The notes under the pieces are model-generated. The model searched no databases. It was not told where the DNA came from and saw nothing but the letters and a program-made list of their open reading frames with translations. A stretch of 64,000 bases of DNA from Chloroflexota bacterium. GTDB lineage: Bacteria; Chloroflexota; Dehalococcoidia; GIF9; AB-539-J10. Shown here in pieces: positions 37,810-46,967 of this stretch. The DNA lies in the NCBI GenBank assembly GCA_036834125.1, contig DAITOK010000001.1, positions 57,314 to 121,313 on the forward strand. The letters are read 5' to 3'. Numbering within the stretch: position 1 is the first letter of the stretch; each line of letters starts with the position of its first letter. A program made the position numbers and the translations under genes.

Positions 37810-39294
37810 TCAGGAGCATTTTGCTAAGTCTTTGCTTGGAACTCTTTTGAGGTGTCTCTCGGTATTGGTCAGCACTAAATTGATGGCGTTAGCAGCAGCA
37901 GCAAACGAAAAATACACAGGCAAGCCGGAAGAAACACAATTACAAATAGCATGAAAAATAGCTTCAGCCTCTTGCGGTACGATGCTGGGTTCCAGCACCA
38001 TTGCTACTGGTTTTGATAACAGTCCTTGCTTTACAGCAAACCTGCTCATCAACACCTCTAAATGGTTTTCGGCAATACGAGAGGTTGTGAATTGTCCTGT
38101 CCGTATGAACATGATAAAGAGATCGTTTCCTTCCCACTTTGAAAGAATGTCAAGTGTTTTGATTACACCTTCGAGGTTAAACATAGCCTGCGAATAATCT
38201 ATGGGATTGCGCAGAATGTTGCCTGCGATGGGAGTGAACTCTCGTATCTGGGCAATAATTTCTGGAGGAAGTGGCGGAATTCTCAGTCCTCTCCTTTCAA
38301 ACTCGTCAGCGATTAAGACGCTAGCTCCACCCCCAGCACCGAATAGTACCGCATTCCTACCTTTGGGGAGAGGCAAAAACAGAAGTGTAACCAATACATC
38401 GGTCATTTCTTCAATGCTGCTGACATTGATAATTCCTAATTGTTTACAAAGGGCATCCCAGGTGGTTCGGCTTCCCGCAAGTGCTGCAGTATGACCGGCA
38501 GCTGCCCGAGCACCTCCCTCGGTAAGTCCACCCTTGAGCAGTATCACTGTCTTTTCCTCTGTTGCCTGCTCCAGAGCTCGTCGGAATCGCTTCCCATCTT
38601 TAACCCCTTCAATGTAAAGAGCTATTATTTTGGTGTCGGGATCGTGGGCAAGATACTCGAGCAAATCACTTTCATTAATGTCACATGCGTTTCCGTAACT
38701 TATGACTTTGCTGAAACGGACACCTCGCAATGCTGCCTGTCTGACTAGATAAATGGAATTGCCGCCACTTTGGCTGATGACTCCTACTGTCCCTCTTTCC
38801 TTAGGAAAGGCGGGAGTAAATGATAATCGTGAGTCGGGACAATAAATGCCCATACAATTAGGTCCAATAATTCTGACCCCGGTCCTTCGGGCAATCTCTA
38901 CCAGTTCAGATTCCAACTTTATTCTTGACTCTTCACCGGTTTCACTGAAGCCGGCTGTGCAAAAGTGAATTGCTCGGACTCCTTTTTCGGCGCATTCTTC
39001 TACAAGCTTAGGGGCGACTTGGGCATTAACCAAGCCGATCACATAATCCACGTTACCCGGGACATCTTTGAGACTCGTATAAATCTTGTGCCCTTGAATC
39101 TCCCCACCCTTGGGATTAACAAGATAAAGAGGGCGGTCGAATTCAAATTCCATAAGCCCTTCGAAGAAGGTGCGTGTCCAGTGCCAGGTCTCTGCAGTTG
39201 TAATACCTACGAGAGCGATAGAATTAGGGTGAAACAAAAAATCTAAGTCGTGTTGATACGTATTATTCATCTTATTCATATTACCTACCAGCAA
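37810..39294 (-). CDS. ADP-forming acyl-CoA synthetase alpha subunit (CoA-binding plus CoA-ligase domains, phospho-His)
   Basis: IALVGIT CoA-binding and GKDGKRF motifs, with GGLTEGGARAAAGHTAALAGS as the catalytic His loop. There is no ATP-grasp beta domain. Confidence 0.65.
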   Translation of the reverse strand: MLVGNMNKMNNTYQHDLDFLFHPNSIALVGITTAETWHWTRTFFEGLMEFEFDRPLYLVNPKGGEIQGHKIYTSLKDVPGNVDYVIGLVNAQVAPKLVEECAEKGVRAIHFCTAGFSETGEESRIKLESELVEIARRTGVRIIGPNCMGIYCPDSRLSFTPAFPKERGTVGVISQSGGNSIYLVRQAALRGVRFSKVISYGNACDINESDLLEYLAHDPDTKIIALYIEGVKDGKRFRRALEQATEEKTVILLKGGLTEGGARAAAGHTAALAGSRTTWDALCKQLGIINVSSIEEMTDVLVTLLFLPLPKGRNAVLFGAGGGASVLIADEFERRGLRIPPLPPEIIAQIREFTPIAGNILRNPIDYSQAMFNLEGVIKTLDILSKWEGNDLFIMFIRTGQFTTSRIAENHLEVLMSRFAVKQGLLSKPVAMVLEPSIVPQEAEAIFHAICNCVSSGLPVYFSFAAAANAINLVLTNTERHLKRVPSKDLAKCS

Positions 39295-39528
39295 CGCTTT
39301 ATTGTTTCAGTAAACCCCGAAGTATAGCAAATAAGTTATGGATTGTAAATTTCACCGCAACTCGAGAATTCGTTCTCGCAGCAACTGTCGCTTCGATAAC
39401 AATGTTGATAGCGAGGCGGGGTTGTGGTAGATTTTTTAAGTTTTTCGGAAAGTTGGATAATTGTATGGAATAGTCTTGCTGCGACCTGGTCATAACTTGA
39501 GCCATGGTTCTAAATTCATTACTTCGCA

Positions 39529-41004
39529 GTGGTAAATAAGGACCGGCATTTGGAAAAGCAAAGGCTTAATAGATTTGAATATATTTTCCATCCCAGAACA
39601 GCAGCTGTAATAGGAGCTTCTGAAAGCGACGGTTTTTCGCAGGCTTTAATGGGCACGAAGCTGCGAGACAATGTGTTCTTTGTTAATCCTAAGTACAAGG
39701 AACTCCACGGTAAGAAATGCTACGCCAGTATTCTAGACATAGAAACTGAAATTGATTATGTCATTATAGCTGTGCCGGCACAGCATGTGCCCAGTGTGTT
39801 AAGTGAATGCATTAAGAAGGGAGTGAAGACAGTTCACATCTTCACGGCTGGTTTTAGTGAAACGGGAATAGAAGAAAGGAAGGCTTTGGAAGACCAAATA
39901 CGAGAGATGGCTAGAGGTAAGGTCAACCTGATTGGTCCTAATTGCATGGGAATATGTTGTCCAAAATCAGGTTTAGCTTTTATTCCAGATGTGTTAGTTG
40001 AGGAAGGTCCTGTGGGGGTGATTTCACAAAGCGGCACCTTCGCTGAGCAGTTCCTGTCTATCGGGAAGCTCAGAAATGTGAGGTTCAGCAAGGTTATAAG
40101 CTACGGGAATGGTATAGACCTCGACTGTCCGGATTTTCTGGAATATTTGGCGTACGATGTCGGGACGAAGGTTATTGCCTTGTATATAGAAGGGACGAGA
40201 GATGGGAAGCGACTCAAAGCTGCTATGACCGAAGCTGCTAGGTTAAAACCGGTAGTGGCACTTAAAGGGGGAGTAACTGAACATGGTCGTCGCGCAGCGT
40301 CTTGTCATACAGGTTCATTGGCTGGCTCACCAGAAATCTGGAGTTCGTTTTTTAGACAGGCGGGCGTACTGCAGGTTGAGGACTTTGACGAATTACTGGA
40401 CACAAGTTTGGCGTTGTCCTGTGTTTTGCCTCCTGAAGGAAAAGGGACTGCTATTATTACCAACTCTGGTGGTTTTAGTGTGCTGGAAACAGACCTATGT
40501 GTAAAAGTGGGATTGGAAGTCCCTCAGTTTACGAAAGAAACAATGACCGAATTGCGTAAGATGGTACCGGTAGCGGGGACAAGTATAAACAACCCACTGG
40601 ATGCTTGGCCGATATACTACAATACCCCTGGGACATCAGGGACACTTGCCGATGCTATCAAGGCGTTGTCCAATGACAGGAATATTCACTGCATAGTATT
40701 GCACTTTGACGAGGTGCGTTACTTGCGACATGTGTTTGGGGAGGCGACCGAAGGCTTTTTGAAGGAACTTGTGAAGATTATGATCCAAGGGTGCAAGTAC
40801 GCTCGAGATGAAGCAGGGAAGGCTGTGGTAATTTGTGTCTCACTCGATGCTTATTCAGAGGATGAAGAAGACAGAAAGTATCACCTACTTGTCAAGAAGG
40901 CTTTTGAAAGGGAGGAGTTCCCAGTATATCCCTCGTTAGCTGCGTGTATCAAGGTTTTATTCAACCTATACCGGTATCATCGGCAGCGCCTTATGCTAAT
41001 CTAG
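39529..41004 (+). CDS. ADP-forming acyl-CoA synthetase alpha subunit paralog
   Basis: The same architecture, with GGVTEHGRRAASCHTGSLAGS. It is divergent from its paralog. Confidence 0.65.
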   Translation: MVNKDRHLEKQRLNRFEYIFHPRTAAVIGASESDGFSQALMGTKLRDNVFFVNPKYKELHGKKCYASILDIETEIDYVIIAVPAQHVPSVLSECIKKGVKTVHIFTAGFSETGIEERKALEDQIREMARGKVNLIGPNCMGICCPKSGLAFIPDVLVEEGPVGVISQSGTFAEQFLSIGKLRNVRFSKVISYGNGIDLDCPDFLEYLAYDVGTKVIALYIEGTRDGKRLKAAMTEAARLKPVVALKGGVTEHGRRAASCHTGSLAGSPEIWSSFFRQAGVLQVEDFDELLDTSLALSCVLPPEGKGTAIITNSGGFSVLETDLCVKVGLEVPQFTKETMTELRKMVPVAGTSINNPLDAWPIYYNTPGTSGTLADAIKALSNDRNIHCIVLHFDEVRYLRHVFGEATEGFLKELVKIMIQGCKYARDEAGKAVVICVSLDAYSEDEEDRKYHLLVKKAFEREEFPVYPSLAACIKVLFNLYRYHRQRLMLI

Positions 41005-41137
41005 TGTCGCTGACGCTGCTGGCTCCTGCTGGGCTTATACCATGCTTGGGCGGCTACAGTTGCGGCTCAATGGCAAGCTTAGCTTCTCCGTTACCGCGGC
41101 CAGGACGGGAATGGCTGCCTAGCTATGCGGTGCAGCT

Positions 41138-42271
41138 TCAAAGCAATCCAATCTTGCGGGCCACTATCTCTTTATGGAAGTCGGTGTTACCGAAGGCGAG
41201 ATCTGCGGATTTGCTCCTGCGGTAATAAAACGATATGTCATGGTCGGCACTCGTACCAATTCCCCCGTGTAGTCTGACTGCCCATTTACTGACATCCTTG
41301 TACACTTCGTTGACGTATGCCTTTGCCATGGAGGCTTCCTTAGCGCAGGGAAGTCCTTGGGACTCCATCCAGGCTACCTTATACGTTAGATAACGGCTCG
41401 TTTCCATTGCTGTCCACATGTCAGCCATCTTGTGTTGAAGCGCTTGGAAAGCACCTATAGGTCGCTCATATTGGACCCTTTCTTTCGAATAAGCCACGGT
41501 CATTTCTACACAGACCTCTATGGCACCAACGGACTCAGCGGACTTGATGATGGCGCCTTTACGTAGTATTGTTTCCACAAGAGGCCAGCCCTCGTCGAGC
41601 TTGCCGATGATGCTTCCCTTGGGGACAGTAACGTTGTTAAAACTTACCTCGCATAGCTTGTCGTGGGCGATGGTGGGCATGACCTCGCACCTTACGCCGG
41701 GGGCTTTCGCATCCACCATAAAGATGGTGACTCCCTTCTCAGGAGAAGAGCCTTCTTTTGTTCTTGCGACACACAGGATATAGTTGGCAACATGTGCCAT
41801 TTCCACGAATAGCTTTGTGCCATTTATGATGAAATCATTTCCTTTGGGAGTGGCTTTGACAGTGATTCCCGAGGCGTCGAAAACACCTTCGCTTTCCAGT
41901 AAAGCTGTAGTTAGAATTAGTTTGCCCTGAGCTATCTTGGGAAGAAAGTCCTTCTTCTGCTCCTCTGTTCCTGCCTCGAGTATAGGGAAAGTGCTGGTTA
42001 TGGTCGCTATCAGCGGCCCAGGGAGAATATTTCTACCTATCTCTTCCATGAGGATAACAAGATCGAGGAAGCTATAACCCATGCCCCCGTATTGCTCAGG
42101 TATTATGAGTCCCATCCAGCCCAGTTCAGCCATCTTCTTCCAGACCTCTGGAGAGTATCCCTGGTCGCTCTGTTCCAGTTTTCTTACCAGCGTCTTGGGG
42201 CATTCCGTGGTAAGAAAATCTCGCGCCATTTTCTTCAGTATTTCTTGCGTTTCACTAAGTCTAAGATCCAT
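41138..42271 (-). CDS. Acyl-CoA dehydrogenase
   Basis: The three-domain ACAD fold, with a C-terminal catalytic Glu region (HGGIGTSADHDI). Confidence 0.8.
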   Translation of the reverse strand: MDLRLSETQEILKKMARDFLTTECPKTLVRKLEQSDQGYSPEVWKKMAELGWMGLIIPEQYGGMGYSFLDLVILMEEIGRNILPGPLIATITSTFPILEAGTEEQKKDFLPKIAQGKLILTTALLESEGVFDASGITVKATPKGNDFIINGTKLFVEMAHVANYILCVARTKEGSSPEKGVTIFMVDAKAPGVRCEVMPTIAHDKLCEVSFNNVTVPKGSIIGKLDEGWPLVETILRKGAIIKSAESVGAIEVCVEMTVAYSKERVQYERPIGAFQALQHKMADMWTAMETSRYLTYKVAWMESQGLPCAKEASMAKAYVNEVYKDVSKWAVRLHGGIGTSADHDISFYYRRSKSADLAFGNTDFHKEIVARKIGLL

Positions 42272-42302
42272 TGATTGATTCCTCCTTATCGCAAGCTTCG
42301 GT

Positions 42303-43487
42303 TTATCTTATTCTAGGTAAGCCAAGTCCATACCAGGCGATGATGTTTCTTTGAATTTCATTTGTTCCCATGGAGACGGTAGTTATGAAGTGCTCATGGT
42401 ACATCCTTTCCCATATCCCGTCCAAAGGAGCCCACCGGGAAGTCTTAACCTGCCCGTAGGGTCCCAGGATGTCCGTAGCCAGAAAAGCGAAACGCTCGCC
42501 CAGCTCGCTGAAGAAGATTTTGCCTGCCGAGGCATCCATCAAGGACATCTCATTTCTGTTCTGCAGGTCGGCAACACGATATGCTAAGGCGCGAGCTGCC
42601 TCCAGCTGGCAAGCTAGCTCAGCCAGTCGGTTACGAACGAGCGGATTCTTAGCCAGCGGTTGTCCGTGTCGTTTGGTCTCATTGCAGTATTTGACTAGTT
42701 CTTCGAGTGCACGGAACATAGTCATGATTTCGTTTATCCCAGATCTCTCGAAACCAGCCAGAAGATTTACCACTGCCCAGCCCTCATGTTCTTGACCGAC
42801 AATGTTTTTGGCTGGCACATGAACATCATCGAAGTAAACCTCACAGTAGGGAGTATGGCCATCCAGATAGGGGATGGGTCGTACCGTAATCCCAGGTGTC
42901 TTCATGTCGAGCAAAATAAAGGTCATATTGTGGTGTTTTCGACCAGCGGGATCGGTCTTAAACACGCCGAAGCCCCAGTCAGCCCGATGAGCACCGGTAT
43001 TCCAGGTCTTCTGACCGTTTATGACATATTCGTCGCCTTTCCTGATCGCGGTGGTGGTCAAGGAAGCGAGGTCCGAACCAGCATTGGGTTCGCTCCAAAG
43101 TTCACACCACATGACTTCTCCTCTGGCGATGGGGGGTAAGAATTCTCTCTTTATTTCTTCACTAGCAGCCTGGAGCAATGTCGGTGCCAGCATTTGCACC
43201 CCAAAGATATCTACCCCCGGAATGCCGTAATATCCTCTGGCTTCAGCAAAAAGAACGCGGTCCATCATGTCGCCCTTGCCACCATATTGCGCTGGCCAAC
43301 CTAGCGCGAGCCAGCCTTCCTTGGCGAATTCCTTGGCGCAGTAGAGGTGATATTTCCAGCATTCGTCGTCTTCAAAGATGGTTTCCAATCCTACAAAGCT
43401 GGCTGGCTTCTTCTTTTCGAGTTCTTTGCATTTGTCATAGAATTGCTGTCTACGAACCTTCTGTTCTTCTGTAAGAGAAAAATCCAT
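42303..43487 (-). CDS. Acyl-CoA dehydrogenase family protein
   Basis: N-terminal, middle and C-terminal ACAD domains; 394 aa. Confidence 0.75.
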   Translation of the reverse strand: MDFSLTEEQKVRRQQFYDKCKELEKKKPASFVGLETIFEDDECWKYHLYCAKEFAKEGWLALGWPAQYGGKGDMMDRVLFAEARGYYGIPGVDIFGVQMLAPTLLQAASEEIKREFLPPIARGEVMWCELWSEPNAGSDLASLTTTAIRKGDEYVINGQKTWNTGAHRADWGFGVFKTDPAGRKHHNMTFILLDMKTPGITVRPIPYLDGHTPYCEVYFDDVHVPAKNIVGQEHEGWAVVNLLAGFERSGINEIMTMFRALEELVKYCNETKRHGQPLAKNPLVRNRLAELACQLEAARALAYRVADLQNRNEMSLMDASAGKIFFSELGERFAFLATDILGPYGQVKTSRWAPLDGIWERMYHEHFITTVSMGTNEIQRNIIAWYGLGLPRIR

Positions 43488-43672
43488 AAATACCTCCTTT
43501 GAGCTTGGAAGAGTTGGAATGTCGCTCGATTTCCGCCGAATCTTAGCTTAGATTGTAGGAATTGTCAAGGATTTGTAGGCTCTACTGTCTCACATGTTTC
43601 TGAACGAGAGCACTATTTCTTGTGACGATCACAGGCAGGGCAACAACACACCTGCGTTATATATATGGAAGC

Positions 43673-43710
43673 AAGATTGATAACGTTGGAAAAGCACAGT
43701 TATCAATCTT
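43673..43710. repeat. Perfect 12-bp inverted repeat AAGATTGATAAC-N14-GTTATCAATCTT: either the terminator hairpin of the rpsP-KH operon or an operator for the upstream ACAD promoter
   Basis: It ends 2 nt before the KH-gene stop codon and lies about 190 nt upstream of the ACAD start. No strong U tract follows on the minus strand. Confidence 0.5.
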
Positions 43711-43712
43711 GG

Positions 43713-43940
43713 CTATACTATTTCCAGCCTAACCCGCTTGTCCTCTTTGGCTGCTTTTACTCGAAGCAATGTCCGTAGCGCCTGAGCTACGCGACCTTGT
43801 CTGCCAATTACTCTCCCTTTGTCATCGGGAGCAACTTCCAATTTAATGACCAACCCTTTATCGTTGTTTTCTTCGGTGATTTTTACTGCGTCGGGTTGTG
43901 ACACAATGGACTTGATGATGTATTCGAGCAGGTCTTTCAT
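43713..43940 (-). CDS. KH-domain RNA-binding protein (YlqC-like)
   Basis: GRVIGRQGRVAQALRTL is a KH GXXG loop; the gene lies directly downstream of rpsP. Confidence 0.7.
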   Translation of the reverse strand: MKDLLEYIIKSIVSQPDAVKITEENNDKGLVIKLEVAPDDKGRVIGRQGRVAQALRTLLRVKAAKEDKRVRLEIV

Positions 43941-43956
43941 TTCGCCTCCTTAACAG

Positions 43957-44226
43957 TTAGTTTTGGCCCGAGGCCGGCTCAACTTTATCCATAATGCCTA
44001 GTTTAGTGAGCAAGCTGCGCACTGTGTCTGTAGGGTGAGCCCCGTATCCTAGCCACTTCAAAGCCTTCTGTTCGTCAATAGTGATGGTTGCAGGATTGGT
44101 CAGAGGATTGTACTGGCCGATGATATCAATATATTTGCCGTCGCGGGGAGAGCGGCTATCTGATACTACCACCCGGTAGAAGGGTCTGTTTCTCCTTCCC
44201 ATACGGCGCAATCTAATCTTCAACAT
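43957..44226 (-). CDS. rpsP: 30S ribosomal protein S16
   Basis: [21 protein letters not shown]. Confidence 0.9.
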   Translation of the reverse strand: MLKIRLRRMGRRNRPFYRVVVSDSRSPRDGKYIDIIGQYNPLTNPATITIDEQKALKWLGYGAHPTDTVRSLLTKLGIMDKVEPASGQN

Positions 44227-44236
44227 TGGCAGAGTG

Positions 44237-44265
44237 ATTATCTCTTAAATGCTGCCGTTTGTCAA
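44237..44265 (-). promoter_or_regulatory. Candidate sigma-70 promoter for rpsP (TTGACA-17-GATAAT), implying a near-leaderless transcript
   Basis: On the minus strand, TTGACA (44265-44260), a 17-nt spacer, then GATAAT (44242-44237), with the ATG at 44226 only 10 nt past the -10. Confidence 0.4.
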
Positions 44266-44328
44266 TGGTTTGTGCTCTTTGCTGGACGCAGGCTAGCTTG
44301 TAAGCTAAGCAGTACAGTAATTGGGCAT

Positions 44329-44802
44329 TTAAGCATTGGTTCTGGGAGAGAATATGTACACGGTTGCTGTTTTGAGCTTCCGTCTTAGCAAGGCTAATTG
44401 TGGCTTATATAACCTAATTCTTCTTTCTTGGCATACGACAGGCATGTTAAGCATTATTGATATTATTTTCTCCTCTGCGTTTCCTCCGCATATTACGGTT
44501 GCTTCGTTTTGATTTGCTCCCAGCTCTATAAGAATTGGCAACGGCAACGCCTCTTGTTCTTCCGGCTCTAATAGGCTTGCTAAATATTGAAGCTCACTTC
44601 TCTTGAAGAAATGGGTGCTGCCATCATTACATAACACATAGGGATATTGTTCGTTCAATAGAGTTGATAACCGTTTTTGGCTCTGAGGCACCCCAGCATT
44701 TACAACCCTGAGCTCACCTCTTAGGCATTCTTGGAGCATCTTTTCGCAGAGAGATTGTCCCGATTGTGTCTGTGAAGGCTCGTTTTCTAATGGCTTGGGC
44801 AT
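44329..44802 (-). CDS. Hypothetical 157-aa protein co-transcribed at the 3' end of the A-ATPase operon (possibly DUF61/UPF0216-like)
   Basis: It starts 4 nt after the subunit D stop. The suggested resemblance to the archaeal UPF0216 family rests only on the pattern ...LL.EQYPYVL.NDGS.HFFKRSEL.YLASLL, recalled from memory and not verified. Confidence 0.45.
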   Translation of the reverse strand: MPKPLENEPSQTQSGQSLCEKMLQECLRGELRVVNAGVPQSQKRLSTLLNEQYPYVLCNDGSTHFFKRSELQYLASLLEPEEQEALPLPILIELGANQNEATVICGGNAEEKIISIMLNMPVVCQERRIRLYKPQLALLRRKLKTATVYIFSPRTNA

Positions 44803-44806
44803 TGTT

Positions 44807-45442
44807 TTATCCGCGGACGACCAGCACTTTAACGCGTTTCAGCCGTGCTTTCTCTTCTCTATCTCTTTCCTCAAATTTCATATTCAAGTAATTTATCGTC
44901 GCTTGTAACCCTGGGATTATTATATACTCCAGAGCGTTGGTTATCCTTTTCGTCCTATTTATTTCCATAGCTAGTAATTCAAAGTTCCTCTGAAGCTCAG
45001 CCAATTCTACAATGGCTCTCAGACATTCCCCAGATAGCTGCGCAGCATGGTCTAGCCAAGAGGATGTATCAACCGGGTTATACCTTTTCATCCCGCCTTT
45101 GTTGGGACTATCTTGGAGTTCCAAGGATGGTACTCGTACACCGGCTATGCTTCTTGAGCCAGCGGTAATTTTTAGCTCACTCTCAGTAGCTATCAGTTCC
45201 TTGTCCAGTGCTATGTAGCCGTGATATCCAGAGGCAACTGAAAGTGCTTTATAAAGGTTGGAAAATTCGTCCAGCAATTTTCTTTTAGCTTCCACTGTTT
45301 CTCTAGCTGTTTGCAGGAATTCCATAGTCAATATGGAAAGCCTGTCTTTTACGATTTTTTGTATTCTTCGTGCTAGCGAAAGTCGGCGTTTTAGTTTTAT
45401 CAGCTCGATCTTTGTTGGCCTGACTTTGATCAATTCTGGCAT
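44807..45442 (-). CDS. atpD: A/V-type ATP synthase subunit D
   Basis: A coiled-coil protein; MPELIKVRPTKIELIKLKRRL. Confidence 0.8.
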   Translation of the reverse strand: MPELIKVRPTKIELIKLKRRLSLARRIQKIVKDRLSILTMEFLQTARETVEAKRKLLDEFSNLYKALSVASGYHGYIALDKELIATESELKITAGSRSIAGVRVPSLELQDSPNKGGMKRYNPVDTSSWLDHAAQLSGECLRAIVELAELQRNFELLAMEINRTKRITNALEYIIIPGLQATINYLNMKFEERDREEKARLKRVKVLVVRG

Positions 45443-45453
45443 TTTCTTTGCAT

Positions 45454-46857
45454 CTACTGCGCCTTGCGATACTTGGGATGATACTTTTTGATGAACTCTT
45501 CTCTAATTAGCTTCAAATCTTCTTCTGGTAATCTGGAGAATAGCTCCCAGGCTATAGCTAAGGTCTGTTCTACCGTTCTTTTCTCCCATTCGCCTTGAGA
45601 TATGAATCTCCTCTCAAATTCCTCAGCGTTGGTCAAATATATTCTGTCCCTGTCACTCAGTGCCTCAGTACCTATAATGGTAGATATTTCCCGGAGATAA
45701 CACCCTTCAGCGTAAGCAGCATAAGATTGCATAAAAACGTTGTTGTGGTCTTCTCTGGTTTTGCCAGGACCAATCCCTTCTCGCATCATTCGGGAGAGGG
45801 ATAGAAATACGTCTATAGGGGGGTATATACCTTTCCTTTCCAAGTTTCGGGAAAGAACAATCTGCCCCTCGGTTATATAGCCAGTTAGGTCAGGTATGGG
45901 ATGTGTTATATCATCGTCTGGCATGGTCAAAATAGGCATTACAGTTACAGACCCCTCTTTACCAAAAATTCTGCCAGCTCTTTCGTACATTGTAGCGAGG
46001 TCAGTGTACATATAACCGGGATATCCTCTTCGGGATGGTATCTCTTCACGCATGGAAGAAAGTTCGCGGAGAGCTTCACAATAGTTGGTCATATCGGTAA
46101 GAATGACGAGGACGTGCATGTTCTGTTTCCAGGCTAGATATTCGGCTGCGGTTAAAGCTAATCTGGGCGTTGATATTCGCTCAATAACCGGGTCCGATGC
46201 AGTGTTGATGAAAGCCACAGTTCTCTCTAATGCACCTGTCCTCTCCAGGCTCTTCATAAAAAAGGAGGCATCATCATAGCTGATACCAATAGCAGCAAAT
46301 ACCAGAGCAAATCTTTCCTGTTTTCCCTTTACAGTTGCCTGTCTGATGATTTGAGCGGCAATTCGGTTATGAGGCAACCCTGAGCCACTGAATATGGGCA
46401 ACTTTTGTCCCCTGACCAGCGCATTCAAGCCGTCTATTGCCGAGATTCCTGTTTCAATAAATTCGGCAGGTGGCTGACGAAGTGCAGGGTTTATAGGTTC
46501 ACCGTTAATATCCAGGTAATCTTCGGGAATTACTGGCGGACCTCCATCTATTGGCTCTCCCAGACCATTGAATATCCTTCCTAGGACATCAATAGACACT
46601 GGCAACTTCAAGGTTTCGCCTTTGCATCTTATCTTGCTTCCGATAAGATCCACTTCACTGACGCCACCGAATACTTCGATTATGGTGGCTTCCGCACTGA
46701 TGTCTATGGCTTGGCCGCTTTTTATCTCGCCGTTGGCAAGTTGAACCTCAACCATCTCATTAAATTTTATGCCGGGTATGCTCTCAGCTACCAGCAGAGC
46801 CCCTTTAGCCTTGCTAATTGCTTTTCCTTCTTTAACATAAAGTGAGGATAAGTCCAT
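45454..46857 (-). CDS. atpB: A/V-type ATP synthase subunit B (non-catalytic)
   Basis: A 467-aa protein with a degenerate P-loop region and an [13 protein letters not shown] motif. Confidence 0.85.
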   Translation of the reverse strand: MDLSSLYVKEGKAISKAKGALLVAESIPGIKFNEMVEVQLANGEIKSGQAIDISAEATIIEVFGGVSEVDLIGSKIRCKGETLKLPVSIDVLGRIFNGLGEPIDGGPPVIPEDYLDINGEPINPALRQPPAEFIETGISAIDGLNALVRGQKLPIFSGSGLPHNRIAAQIIRQATVKGKQERFALVFAAIGISYDDASFFMKSLERTGALERTVAFINTASDPVIERISTPRLALTAAEYLAWKQNMHVLVILTDMTNYCEALRELSSMREEIPSRRGYPGYMYTDLATMYERAGRIFGKEGSVTVMPILTMPDDDITHPIPDLTGYITEGQIVLSRNLERKGIYPPIDVFLSLSRMMREGIGPGKTREDHNNVFMQSYAAYAEGCYLREISTIIGTEALSDRDRIYLTNAEEFERRFISQGEWEKRTVEQTLAIAWELFSRLPEEDLKLIREEFIKKYHPKYRKAQ

Positions 46858-46967
46858 AATAGCCTCCTTTTATGAAAACCTGATTACCACCCCGATTAAA
46901 TTGGTAAAAGCTATCTTTTATCTTGGTCTTTAAGAATTTTAGCTTTGACATTGTTCGGGGTTTGTAT

